Source: a bacterium
GTDB taxonomy: Bacteria > SZUA-79 > Acidulodesulfobacterales > Acidulodesulfobacteraceae
Length of the DNA stretch: 64,000 nt
NCBI GenBank assembly: GCA_021789605.1
Contig: JAJYJI010000003.1
Span: 36,450-100,449 of the forward strand
Direction of reading: 5' to 3'
The position numbers and the translations under genes are program-made. Shown here piece after piece: positions 49,240 through 57,340 of this stretch (position 1 is its first letter; each line of letters starts with the position of its first letter). The notes beneath the pieces are model-generated. The model ran no database searches. It was given only the letters and a program-made list of their open reading frames with translations, and was not told where the DNA came from.

Positions 49240-51018
49240 ATGAATCTATTTTCCATAAAAAAGCTGTCAATTAAAATTAAACTGCTTTTTACTATTTTTA
49301 CTATTTTAATCTTAGCGCTTTTATTTTTGGACTATTATTCTTTAAGTTCCCAAAACAAAATGTCCGTCAAAATGGCCGAACTTGATGCCGTTATTACCGC
49401 TAAAACAATGCTTTCGAGCTTAAACGCCATGATGCTTAACGGAACTATAACCAGCAAATCCAGCAGAAGACAGTTATTAAGCATATACGGCAAAATCCGG
49501 GGCATCAAACATTTCAAAATAGTGCGGGGCGGCACTTTCGGCCCCGGCCTTAAGCGGGAAGTCCCGACCACGAAATTCGACCAAGAAATACTGTCTTCCA
49601 ATAAAGAAATAGTCAGTGTTTACGAAGAAAACGGGCAAAAATATTTAAAAATAGGAGTTCCTTTCGTAGCGGAAAAGATGTCAAGAGGCGTAAACTGCCT
49701 TATGTGCCATAACAACGTTAAAGAAGGAACCACTTTAGGGGGCGTCGAACTTGTTTATTCGCTTAAAAACGCCGTGAACGCTTCGGATATCTTCATGAGA
49801 AATATAATCTTTTTTTCTATCCTGCTTATCATTTTATTAATCGCCGTCATATATGCCCTGTTAAGGCAGACCTTTATAAAGCCTATAAATATTTTTTACG
49901 AGAAAGTCAAGGATATATCCAGAGGCGAAGGAGATTTAAGCAAGTTAATCCCGATGAGCCGGTTAGACAAGACCTCCATAATCGCCGTCCGCCATAAAAA
50001 CTGCATGCTGAAGGAAGACGAACTCGGCGAGAGATGCTGGGACGCCCAGATAGAACAATTCGGCGAAAAAGGGGAAAAAATCTGCCGGCAGTGCAAAGTT
50101 TATAAAAATTCGGTTTACGATGAAATCACCGCGGTGGTTAACGAATTCAACAAATTTATCATAGATATAAGAGAAATAGTAAAATCCATTCTAGAAGAGG
50201 CTATGACTATCGTGGACGTCAGCACGTCTATCGAAGGGCACGTGGACGAAATCAGCGGAAAGGCAAAAGAACAGGCGGAGCTTACGACTCACGTCGCGGC
50301 GGCTTCCGAAGAAATGTCCCAGACAATAAAAGAAATCGCCAAAAATGCCCATAACGTCAGCTTTATCGCGAAAGAGGCTTCCGGCAACGCCAAGGAAGGC
50401 TTCGACATAGTAGAAAAATCTATTTCCGGAATTAAAAACGTCGCCGCCCTTACACAGCAGTTGGGCGCTCTCATAAACGGGCTGGAAAAAAGCTCTTTCG
50501 AAATAGGCGAAATAATTTCCGTCATAAACGATATAGCCGACCAGACAAACCTGCTCGCCCTTAACGCCGCGATAGAAGCCGCGCGCGCCGGGGAATCCGG
50601 ACGAGGATTCGCGGTAGTGGCGGACGAGGTAAGAAAGCTGGCGGAAAGGACGGTTAAGGCCACCAAGGAAATCGTTTCCAAGGTTCAAACTATTCAGCAA
50701 AACACTCAGGATACCAAGAAATCTATGGATTCCACTTTGCAGGAGGTCAATTTATCCGTTAATTATGCGTCTAAGGCTGGAGAATCGCTTGACAGCATAG
50801 AAAAAAATATAATAAGTTTAACCGACCAGATAGGCTCCATAGCCGCCGCGTCCGAAGAGCAAACCGCCGCCACCAACGAGATATCGCAGAACATAGAAAT
50901 GGTTTCCAATCTTTCGGTGTCTAATTCCGAAAAATCTTCCGATACGGCTAAAGAGGCCGGCTCAATTTATGCCGAATTGGAAAAACTCGTAAACGTCGTT
51001 AAGAAATTTAAATATTAA
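49240..51018 (+). CDS. Methyl-accepting chemotaxis protein with a periplasmic CxxCH (heme-c) sensor domain and a Cys-rich insertion in the HAMP domain
   Basis: Has TM1, a periplasmic domain of about 150 aa containing CLMCH (49696-49710), TM2, a HAMP domain, and a conserved MCP signalling domain ([38 protein letters not shown]). Confidence 0.9.
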   Translation: MNLFSIKKLSIKIKLLFTIFTILILALLFLDYYSLSSQNKMSVKMAELDAVITAKTMLSSLNAMMLNGTITSKSSRRQLLSIYGKIRGIKHFKIVRGGTFGPGLKREVPTTKFDQEILSSNKEIVSVYEENGQKYLKIGVPFVAEKMSRGVNCLMCHNNVKEGTTLGGVELVYSLKNAVNASDIFMRNIIFFSILLIILLIAVIYALLRQTFIKPINIFYEKVKDISRGEGDLSKLIPMSRLDKTSIIAVRHKNCMLKEDELGERCWDAQIEQFGEKGEKICRQCKVYKNSVYDEITAVVNEFNKFIIDIREIVKSILEEAMTIVDVSTSIEGHVDEISGKAKEQAELTTHVAAASEEMSQTIKEIAKNAHNVSFIAKEASGNAKEGFDIVEKSISGIKNVAALTQQLGALINGLEKSSFEIGEIISVINDIADQTNLLALNAAIEAARAGESGRGFAVVADEVRKLAERTVKATKEIVSKVQTIQQNTQDTKKSMDSTLQEVNLSVNYASKAGESLDSIEKNIISLTDQIGSIAAASEEQTAATNEISQNIEMVSNLSVSNSEKSSDTAKEAGSIYAELEKLVNVVKKFKY

Positions 51019-51048
51019 ACATTAATCGTTAATATTGAGGGCAGGCCA

Positions 51049-52953
51049 GTGGAAACTTTTAACAGTTTAGCATGCGAAAAAGACGTATATGCGCCTTCCA
51101 AGGAAACTTTAAAAAACAGCTATCTTACCGACTATGACAAGCTTTACGAATATTCGTTAAGGGAAAACGATAAGTTCTGGGACGAAATTGCGAAACAATT
51201 AGAATGGTTCAAACATTACGATAAAGTTGCAGACTCTTCCAATCCCCCGTTCTATAAATGGTTTACGGGAGGAAAAACCAATATAGCGCATAACGCGTTA
51301 GACAGGCACATAACCACTTTCCGTAAAAATAAGCTTGCGATTATATGGGAGGGAGAAGACGGAAGCGAAAGGGTTTATACGTATTTTTCCCTCTATAAGG
51401 AAGTAAATAAATTTGCCAACGTGCTTAAAAGTTTTGGAATAAAAAAAGGAGATACGGTTACGATATATCTTCCCAATATTCCCGAAATCGCGATAAGCAT
51501 GCTCGCCTGCGCTAAAATCGGCGCGATTCACAGCGTCGTATATGCCGGCTTTTCCGCCATGGCGTTAAAGGACAGGATATTGGACGCGCAGAGCAAGCTT
51601 CTTATCACCTCCGACGGGGCATACAGGGGAGGCAGGGTTATAGAGCTTAAAAAAATAGCGGACGAGGCGGTTACGAAAGCTCCCGTTGTCCAGACCGTAA
51701 TAGTCGTTAAAAGAACGGGCAGGGAAATCGCCATGGACACTTCGCGCGATTTTTATTACGACGAGCTTATGAAACTGCCCATAGCGAATCCTTACATAAA
51801 AACCGAAGAAATGGATTCGGAAGACCCACTTTTTATACTTTACACATCGGGAACTACCGGCAAACCCAAAGGTATTCTTCACGTCCACGGAGGATATTCC
51901 GTCGGAACCTACATAACGGCGAAATACGTATTTAATATTAAAGACAACGATACTTACTGGTGCGCCGCAGACCCCGGGTGGATTACGGGACATTCCTACA
52001 TTATATACGGGCCTTTAATTAACGGCGCTACGACGCTTATGGCCGAAGGTTCGCCTTACTATCCTTATCCCGACAGATGGTGGAAGATAGTCGAAAAGCA
52101 CGGCGTTAATATATTTTATACGTCGCCTACGGCAATAAGGGGCGTCATGAGATTCGGCGAAAACTGGCCCAACAGGCATAACCTCAGTTCGCTTAAAATT
52201 TTGGGCAGCGTGGGCGAACCCATAAATCCTGAGGTTTGGCGCTGGTATTACAAGCATATAGGCAAGGAAAGATGCCCCATAATGGATACATGGTGGCAGA
52301 CCGAATCCGGCATGTTTTTAATAACGCCCGTTCCGTCGCTTTCTTTAAAGCCGGGTTCGTGCGGAAAGCCGTTTTTCGGGATAGACGCCGATATTTTTGA
52401 CGAGAAGGGCAATAGCGTAGAAGCGAACAAAGGCGGCTATCTTGTCGTAAAAAAACCTTGGCCCGCGATGATGAGAACTATCTATAAAGATGAAAACAGG
52501 TATAAGGAAACGTATTTTTCCAAATTTAACGGCGCATATCTTGCCGGAGACACGGCTAAGCGCGACGAAGACGGATATTTTTACGTTATGGGCAGAATCG
52601 ACGACGTGATAAAGGTTTCGGGATACAGGCTGGGAACCGCGGAGATAGAAAGCGCGATAATTACCCATGAATCCGTAGCGGAATCCGCCGTTATAGGAAA
52701 GCCCCACGACATAAAAGGCAATTCAATAAAAGCATTCGTGGTTTTAAAGCCCGCCGCCGAAAAAGGCGATGCGCTGGCGGAAGATATTAAAGCCGCCGTG
52801 GGGAAAACATTAGGCCCTATCGCAAAACCCGACGAAATTGAATTTGTAGATTCCCTGCCCAAGACCAGAAGCGGCAAAATCATGAGAAGGGTTTTAAAAG
52901 CGCGGGAAATGGGCATAGACGAGGGCGATTTATCGACCATCGAAGAGGATTAG
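51049..52953 (+). CDS. acs: Acetyl-coenzyme A synthetase (AMP-forming)
   Basis: GTG start. Has the AMP-binding motif YTSGTTGKPKG, WWQTE, and the C-terminal PKTRSGKIMRR with the conserved regulatory or catalytic Lys. Confidence 0.95.
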   Translation: METFNSLACEKDVYAPSKETLKNSYLTDYDKLYEYSLRENDKFWDEIAKQLEWFKHYDKVADSSNPPFYKWFTGGKTNIAHNALDRHITTFRKNKLAIIWEGEDGSERVYTYFSLYKEVNKFANVLKSFGIKKGDTVTIYLPNIPEIAISMLACAKIGAIHSVVYAGFSAMALKDRILDAQSKLLITSDGAYRGGRVIELKKIADEAVTKAPVVQTVIVVKRTGREIAMDTSRDFYYDELMKLPIANPYIKTEEMDSEDPLFILYTSGTTGKPKGILHVHGGYSVGTYITAKYVFNIKDNDTYWCAADPGWITGHSYIIYGPLINGATTLMAEGSPYYPYPDRWWKIVEKHGVNIFYTSPTAIRGVMRFGENWPNRHNLSSLKILGSVGEPINPEVWRWYYKHIGKERCPIMDTWWQTESGMFLITPVPSLSLKPGSCGKPFFGIDADIFDEKGNSVEANKGGYLVVKKPWPAMMRTIYKDENRYKETYFSKFNGAYLAGDTAKRDEDGYFYVMGRIDDVIKVSGYRLGTAEIESAIITHESVAESAVIGKPHDIKGNSIKAFVVLKPAAEKGDALAEDIKAAVGKTLGPIAKPDEIEFVDSLPKTRSGKIMRRVLKAREMGIDEGDLSTIEED

Positions 52954-52974
52954 ATTGGCAAAACGCGCGTTGCG

Positions 52975-52998
52975 GCAAGGCTCTATAAGCAGCCTTGC
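52975..52998 (+). other. Stem-loop between acs and pepA (GCAAGGCT-ctataagc-AGCCTTGC)
   Basis: A perfect 8-bp inverted repeat with an 8-nt loop, with no U-tract after it. It is intergenic only if pepA starts at the ATG at 53021. Confidence 0.3.
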
Positions 52999-53020
52999 GG
53001 CGGCGCATAATAAAATTAAT

Positions 53021-54586
53021 ATGGAGGATTTTAATTTGAAGTTCAAACTAACAGATTCTATAGAAAAAACTTTGAAAGAGAAAAGCGTTAAAGAACACAG
53101 CCGTATTTTTGTTTTCGGAGTTTTTCAGGGAGACGAAGATAATTTTTTGCAAAATAAAAATCTTAAAGAATTCTCTTTTATTTACAAAAGAATTAAACGG
53201 CTTGATTTCAAAGCAAAAAAGGGGAAAAATATAGCCGTCGAATATCCCATACATTCCTTAGTTTACGGGCTCGATAAAAAAGATAAGTTTAATTACGACG
53301 CCTTAAGAAATTTTATATCCGGCTCTTTAAAAATAAGCAGGACGAATAAAATAAAAGAGGTTATTTTTATAATTCCGGAGTTGCCGGCGGAATATTATAT
53401 AAAGGGCGGGTTGTTTTATTTATCGGCTTCCGTCGTTGAAGGAGCCGAATTAGGCATGTACGAATTTAAAAAATATATTACTAAAGATAAAGAGAAGAAC
53501 GACGATAAGATTATCTGTCCCGAAACCGCGGGCATATATTTTAACGGCTTAAAAATAACAAAAAATATAATAAGCGAGACGGATAAAGGCTTCGATTTCG
53601 GCAGAAAAACGTCTATGGCGGTCAATTTTGCAAGAAATATCGCAAACGAACCCGGCAACGTCGTTACGCCGGAATATTTGGCTAATATCGCCGTAGAGAT
53701 ATCGGCCTCGGAAAATATGGAATGCGAAATATTCGACGAAAAAGTGATAAAAAAGAAAGGAATGAACGCTTTTTACGGAGTAGGACAGGGGTCTAAAAAT
53801 CCCCCAAGATTTATTCATTTGACCTATAAGCCTAAAATTAAGACAAAAAACGGAAAAACCAAAAAAATTGCCGTGATTGGAAAAGGCATAACATTCGACA
53901 GCGGCGGACTTTCTTTAAAGCCGGCCGATTTTATGACCACCATGAAATCCGATAAATCCGGAGCGTGCGCAATCCTCGGCATAATGAAATATATAAAAGA
54001 TTTCGAAGTAGATTCGGAAATTCACGGAATTATAGCCGCATGCGAGAATATGCCCGACGGAGGCGCCCAGAGGCCGGACGATATAGTCAAAGCTCTTAAC
54101 GGGAAAACCATCGAAATAGAAAATACCGACGCCGAAGGCAGGCTGACCTTAGCCGACGCATTGACATTCGCCTCCAATCTCGGAGCCGACGAAATAATAG
54201 ACCTTGCGACGCTAACTGGCGCGTGCGTCGTGGCTCTCGGAGAATATACCTCTGGAGTTATGGGCAACGATAAAGAATTGATAGGCGATATAATAAAATA
54301 CAGCCGGATTACGGGCGAAAGAATGTGGGAACTGCCTTTCGACGACAATATGAGGGAAAAACTGTCTAGTCCGGTAGCGGATATAAAAAACGTCGGCAAC
54401 AGATACGGCGGCGCCATTACGGCGGGAATGTTCCTGGAAGAATTCGTATCCGCTAAAATTAAATGGTGCCATATAGATATCGCCGGACCGGCTTTTACGA
54501 AAACGGGATTTGCGTATAATTCCAAAGGGGCTACCGGGGTCGGAGCAAGAACCTTGCTGTATTATTTAAGCCGGCGCAAAAATTAA
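53021..54586 (+). CDS. pepA: Leucyl aminopeptidase (M17 family)
   Basis: Has M17 catalytic-domain motifs VGKGITFDSGG and NTDAEGRL. I chose the ATG at 53021 (MEDFNLKF), although the open frame extends to a TTG at 52955. Confidence 0.9.
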   Translation: MEDFNLKFKLTDSIEKTLKEKSVKEHSRIFVFGVFQGDEDNFLQNKNLKEFSFIYKRIKRLDFKAKKGKNIAVEYPIHSLVYGLDKKDKFNYDALRNFISGSLKISRTNKIKEVIFIIPELPAEYYIKGGLFYLSASVVEGAELGMYEFKKYITKDKEKNDDKIICPETAGIYFNGLKITKNIISETDKGFDFGRKTSMAVNFARNIANEPGNVVTPEYLANIAVEISASENMECEIFDEKVIKKKGMNAFYGVGQGSKNPPRFIHLTYKPKIKTKNGKTKKIAVIGKGITFDSGGLSLKPADFMTTMKSDKSGACAILGIMKYIKDFEVDSEIHGIIAACENMPDGGAQRPDDIVKALNGKTIEIENTDAEGRLTLADALTFASNLGADEIIDLATLTGACVVALGEYTSGVMGNDKELIGDIIKYSRITGERMWELPFDDNMREKLSSPVADIKNVGNRYGGAITAGMFLEEFVSAKIKWCHIDIAGPAFTKTGFAYNSKGATGVGARTLLYYLSRRKN

Positions 54587-54608
54587 AATTATTTTTAAAT
54601 TATTTTTG

Positions 54609-54636
54609 TTGATTAAGTAAATTTCTATGTTATAAT
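54609..54636 (+). promoter_or_regulatory. Candidate sigma-70 promoter upstream of nuoA (TTGATT-16 nt-TATAAT, with a TGn extended -10)
   Basis: TTGATT lies at 54609-54614 and tgtTATAAT ends at 54636. It sits in the 118-bp gap before nuoA. Confidence 0.45.
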
Positions 54637-54704
54637 TTAAAATAATCCGACGGTAAATCCGCTCAAATTATATTGAAATTAAGCACAGAAATTAAAAAAT
54701 TTCT

Positions 54705-55058
54705 ATGAATTCTTTTCTGCCCATTCTGATAATGCTTGCGGTATCTATTTTATTTGCCGTTATTACCATAACAGCGTCAAATTTTATAGGAAAAAAGACT
54801 TACGAGCCGGGAAAGCTTAAGCCTTACGAATGCGGCGTAGAACCTACGGGCGAGCCCCACATAAGGTTCGATATCAAATTTTATCTTATAGCTATTTTTT
54901 TTCTCCTTTTCGATATCGAAGCCTTTTTTTTATTTCCGTGGGCCGTAATTTTTTCTAAATTAGGTTTTTTAGGTTTTATCGAAATGCTTCCGTTTATCGT
55001 AATATTAGTTTTAGGGTTATTGTATGTCTGGCTTAAGGGAGCGCTTAAATGGGAATAG
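54705..55058 (+). CDS. nuoA: NADH-quinone oxidoreductase subunit A
   Basis: A three-TM protein of 117 aa with YECG and the [18 protein letters not shown] motif. Confidence 0.9.
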   Translation: MNSFLPILIMLAVSILFAVITITASNFIGKKTYEPGKLKPYECGVEPTGEPHIRFDIKFYLIAIFFLLFDIEAFFLFPWAVIFSKLGFLGFIEMLPFIVILVLGLLYVWLKGALKWE

Positions 55059-55543
55059 AAGAGCATTTCGGCGACAATTTTATCGCCGAATCTTTGGATA
55101 AAATAGTTTCGTGGGGCAGAAAGTGGTCTTTATGGCCGGCTACATTCGGATTGGCGTGCTGCGCCATCGAAATGATGTCGACCGCTTCCTCGAGATACGA
55201 TTTCGACAGGCTGGGATTAATATTCAGGTCCAGTCCAAGGCAGGCCGACCTCCTAATAGTATCCGGCAGGGTTTCCTATAAAATGGCTCCCATGGTAAAA
55301 AGAATTTACGACCAGATGCCGAATCCGAAATGGGTAATCGCTATGGGTGATTGCGCTTCGTCCGGAGGGCTTTTTAACGTTTACAGCATAGTTCAGGGAG
55401 TTGACAGGATAATTCCCGTCGACGTTTACGTTCCCGGCTGTCCGCCAAGACCGGAAGCCCTTATATACGGCATAGTCAAACTTCAGGAAAAAATAGAAAA
55501 AGGAACGCTTAAGAATGAAGAGCCTCCGATGGTTCTAAAATAA
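55049..55543 (+). CDS. nuoB: NADH-quinone oxidoreductase subunit B
   Basis: Has the N2 cluster ligands [15 protein letters not shown] and VPGCPPRPE. Confidence 0.95.
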   Translation: MGIEEHFGDNFIAESLDKIVSWGRKWSLWPATFGLACCAIEMMSTASSRYDFDRLGLIFRSSPRQADLLIVSGRVSYKMAPMVKRIYDQMPNPKWVIAMGDCASSGGLFNVYSIVQGVDRIIPVDVYVPGCPPRPEALIYGIVKLQEKIEKGTLKNEEPPMVLK

Positions 55544-55592
55544 AACGGGTAATATTTGCATATAAATTTATATATAATAATCTGAAAACTTT

Positions 55593-56108
55593 ATGGATAC
55601 AGCATCTTTGTCGGCAATTATAAAAGAATCCAAAGAAACTTCCGTAGTTTCGGCCGATACGATTAACGGCGATTTGCACCTGCTTATCCGAAGGGAAGAT
55701 TTGAGCGAATTCGCAAAATTTTTAAAGACGCATCCGAGGTTGGAGTTCGACATGCTTAGCGACTTATTTGCCGTGGATTATCCGAAAAGGCCCGAAAGAA
55801 TCGAAGTAATCTACAATTTTTATTCCGTAAAAAATAATTTAAGGGTTTTTGTGAAGGTCAGAAGTAAAATAGACGAAACCAAACATTACAGCCTGACCCC
55901 TATCTTTAATTCCGCTAACTGGTTTGAAAGAGAAGTTTACGATATGTTCGGCCTGAAATTTAAAAATCATCCCGATTTAAAAAGAATATTAAATCCCGAC
56001 GATTGGGAAGGGCACCCTCTTCTTAAAGATTATCCTTTAAGAAAAAGACCGGAGCCGGACGAAATTAATCTTGAAGCGCCGGGGTATATAGATTTAGAAA
56101 AAATATAA
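55593..56108 (+). CDS. nuoC: NADH-quinone oxidoreductase subunit C
   Basis: Has the 30-kDa subunit motif ANWFEREVYDMFGLKFKNHPDLKRIL. Confidence 0.92.
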   Translation: MDTASLSAIIKESKETSVVSADTINGDLHLLIRREDLSEFAKFLKTHPRLEFDMLSDLFAVDYPKRPERIEVIYNFYSVKNNLRVFVKVRSKIDETKHYSLTPIFNSANWFEREVYDMFGLKFKNHPDLKRILNPDDWEGHPLLKDYPLRKRPEPDEINLEAPGYIDLEKI

Positions 56109-56130
56109 CAACTTAAAAACCATTTCGACG

Positions 56131-57330
56131 ATGTTTGAATATAAAGATTTTCTTATAGAAGTAGATAAATTTGCCCTGAACATCGGCCCTTCCCACCCCG
56201 CCACTCACGGCGTTTTAAGAGTCTTAGTCCAACTGGACGGCGAAACCGTTATCCACGCCGAGCCTATAATAGGCTACCTGCATACAAGCATGGAAAAATA
56301 TGCGGAGTTCAAAACTTATCATCAGGCCGAAGTCATTACCGACAGAATGGATTACGTTGCCGGAGCGTCGAATAATCTCGGTTATATCCTTGCGGCGGAA
56401 AAACTTTGCGGAGTTAAAGCGCCCAAAAGAGCCGAATATATAAGGGTTATTCTTGCCGAGTTCACGAGGATAAGTTCGCATCTCGTATGGCTGGCGACGC
56501 ATGCCGTGGATATAGGGGCGTTGACCGAGTTTTTATACTGTTTCCGCGAAAGAGAGCTGATATTGGACATCATAGAAACCGTTACGGGCGCCAGGATGAC
56601 CCCTTCGTTTTACCGCGTCGGCGGCCTCGCTATGGACGCGCATAAAGATTTTTTCGATAAAACAAGGGATTTCATTAAAATTTTTCCAGAAAAAATTAAC
56701 GAATACGAAGCGCTGCTTACAAAAAATAAAATATGGCTGGAAAGAACCAAAAACCTGGGCATAATTTCTGCTGAAGACGCCGTTAACTGGGCATTAACCG
56801 GACCGTCCCTCAGGGGCAGCGGAGTAAAATACGACGTAAGAAAGGCAAATCCATATTCAAGCTACGAGGATTTCGATTTTGAAATTCCCATAGGCGACGC
56901 CGGAGACGTTTACGACAGATATTTAGTCAGGATAGAAGAAATGAGGCAAAGCCTTAAGATAATAAATCAGGCGGTCGAAAATGTTCCGGCTGGGGAATAT
57001 TTAAGCTACGACGAATATCCCCAATACGTTATTCCTCCCAAAAAACGCGCGCTGACCTCTATGGAAGGCATGATATCGCTTTTTAAATACGGCATGGAAG
57101 GCGTAAAACCACCTAAAGGCGAAGCATACCAGTCCATAGAAAATCCCAGGGGAGAGCTGGGTTTTTACTTGGTATCCGACGGTTCGGCTTATCCGTACAG
57201 GATGAGGGTAAGGCCGCCTTCTTTCTGCAATATCAGCGCCTTAAATAAAATGGCCGCGGGACATTTAATCGCCGATTTGATTGCTATCATGGGAAGCGTC
57301 GATATACTGCTGGGAGAGGTTGACAGGTAA
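56131..57330 (+). CDS. nuoD: NADH-quinone oxidoreductase subunit D
   Basis: Has the 49-kDa subunit motifs NIGPSHPATHGVLR and GYLHTSMEK, and a C-terminal LGEVDR. Confidence 0.96.
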   Translation: MFEYKDFLIEVDKFALNIGPSHPATHGVLRVLVQLDGETVIHAEPIIGYLHTSMEKYAEFKTYHQAEVITDRMDYVAGASNNLGYILAAEKLCGVKAPKRAEYIRVILAEFTRISSHLVWLATHAVDIGALTEFLYCFRERELILDIIETVTGARMTPSFYRVGGLAMDAHKDFFDKTRDFIKIFPEKINEYEALLTKNKIWLERTKNLGIISAEDAVNWALTGPSLRGSGVKYDVRKANPYSSYEDFDFEIPIGDAGDVYDRYLVRIEEMRQSLKIINQAVENVPAGEYLSYDEYPQYVIPPKKRALTSMEGMISLFKYGMEGVKPPKGEAYQSIENPRGELGFYLVSDGSAYPYRMRVRPPSFCNISALNKMAAGHLIADLIAIMGSVDILLGEVDR

Positions 57331-57340
57331 AACAATAAAA

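Noticed and set aside
50191-50700. Two overlapping minus-strand ORFs (169 aa and 130 aa) inside the chemoreceptor gene.
   Set aside because: They lie opposite the highly conserved MCP signalling domain, whose Ala/Glu-rich codons commonly leave antisense frames open. They are shadow ORFs.
52954-52974. TTGGCAaaacgcgcgTTGCgg looked like a sigma-54 promoter between acs and pepA.
   Set aside because: The GG-to-GC spacing is again 3 nt too long, and there is no other support.
54022-54525. A 167-aa minus-strand ORF.
   Set aside because: It is antisense to the M17 catalytic domain of pepA and has no recognisable features.
57281-57340. An upstream in-frame ATG that would extend the NuoF-tail/GltD fusion by 20 aa and overlap nuoD by 50 nt.
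   Set aside because: The extension (MLSWEASIYCWERLTGKTIK) is just the alternative-frame reading of the conserved nuoD C-terminus. The ATG at 57341, directly after the nuoD stop, is more plausible. The choice does not affect the domain interpretation.
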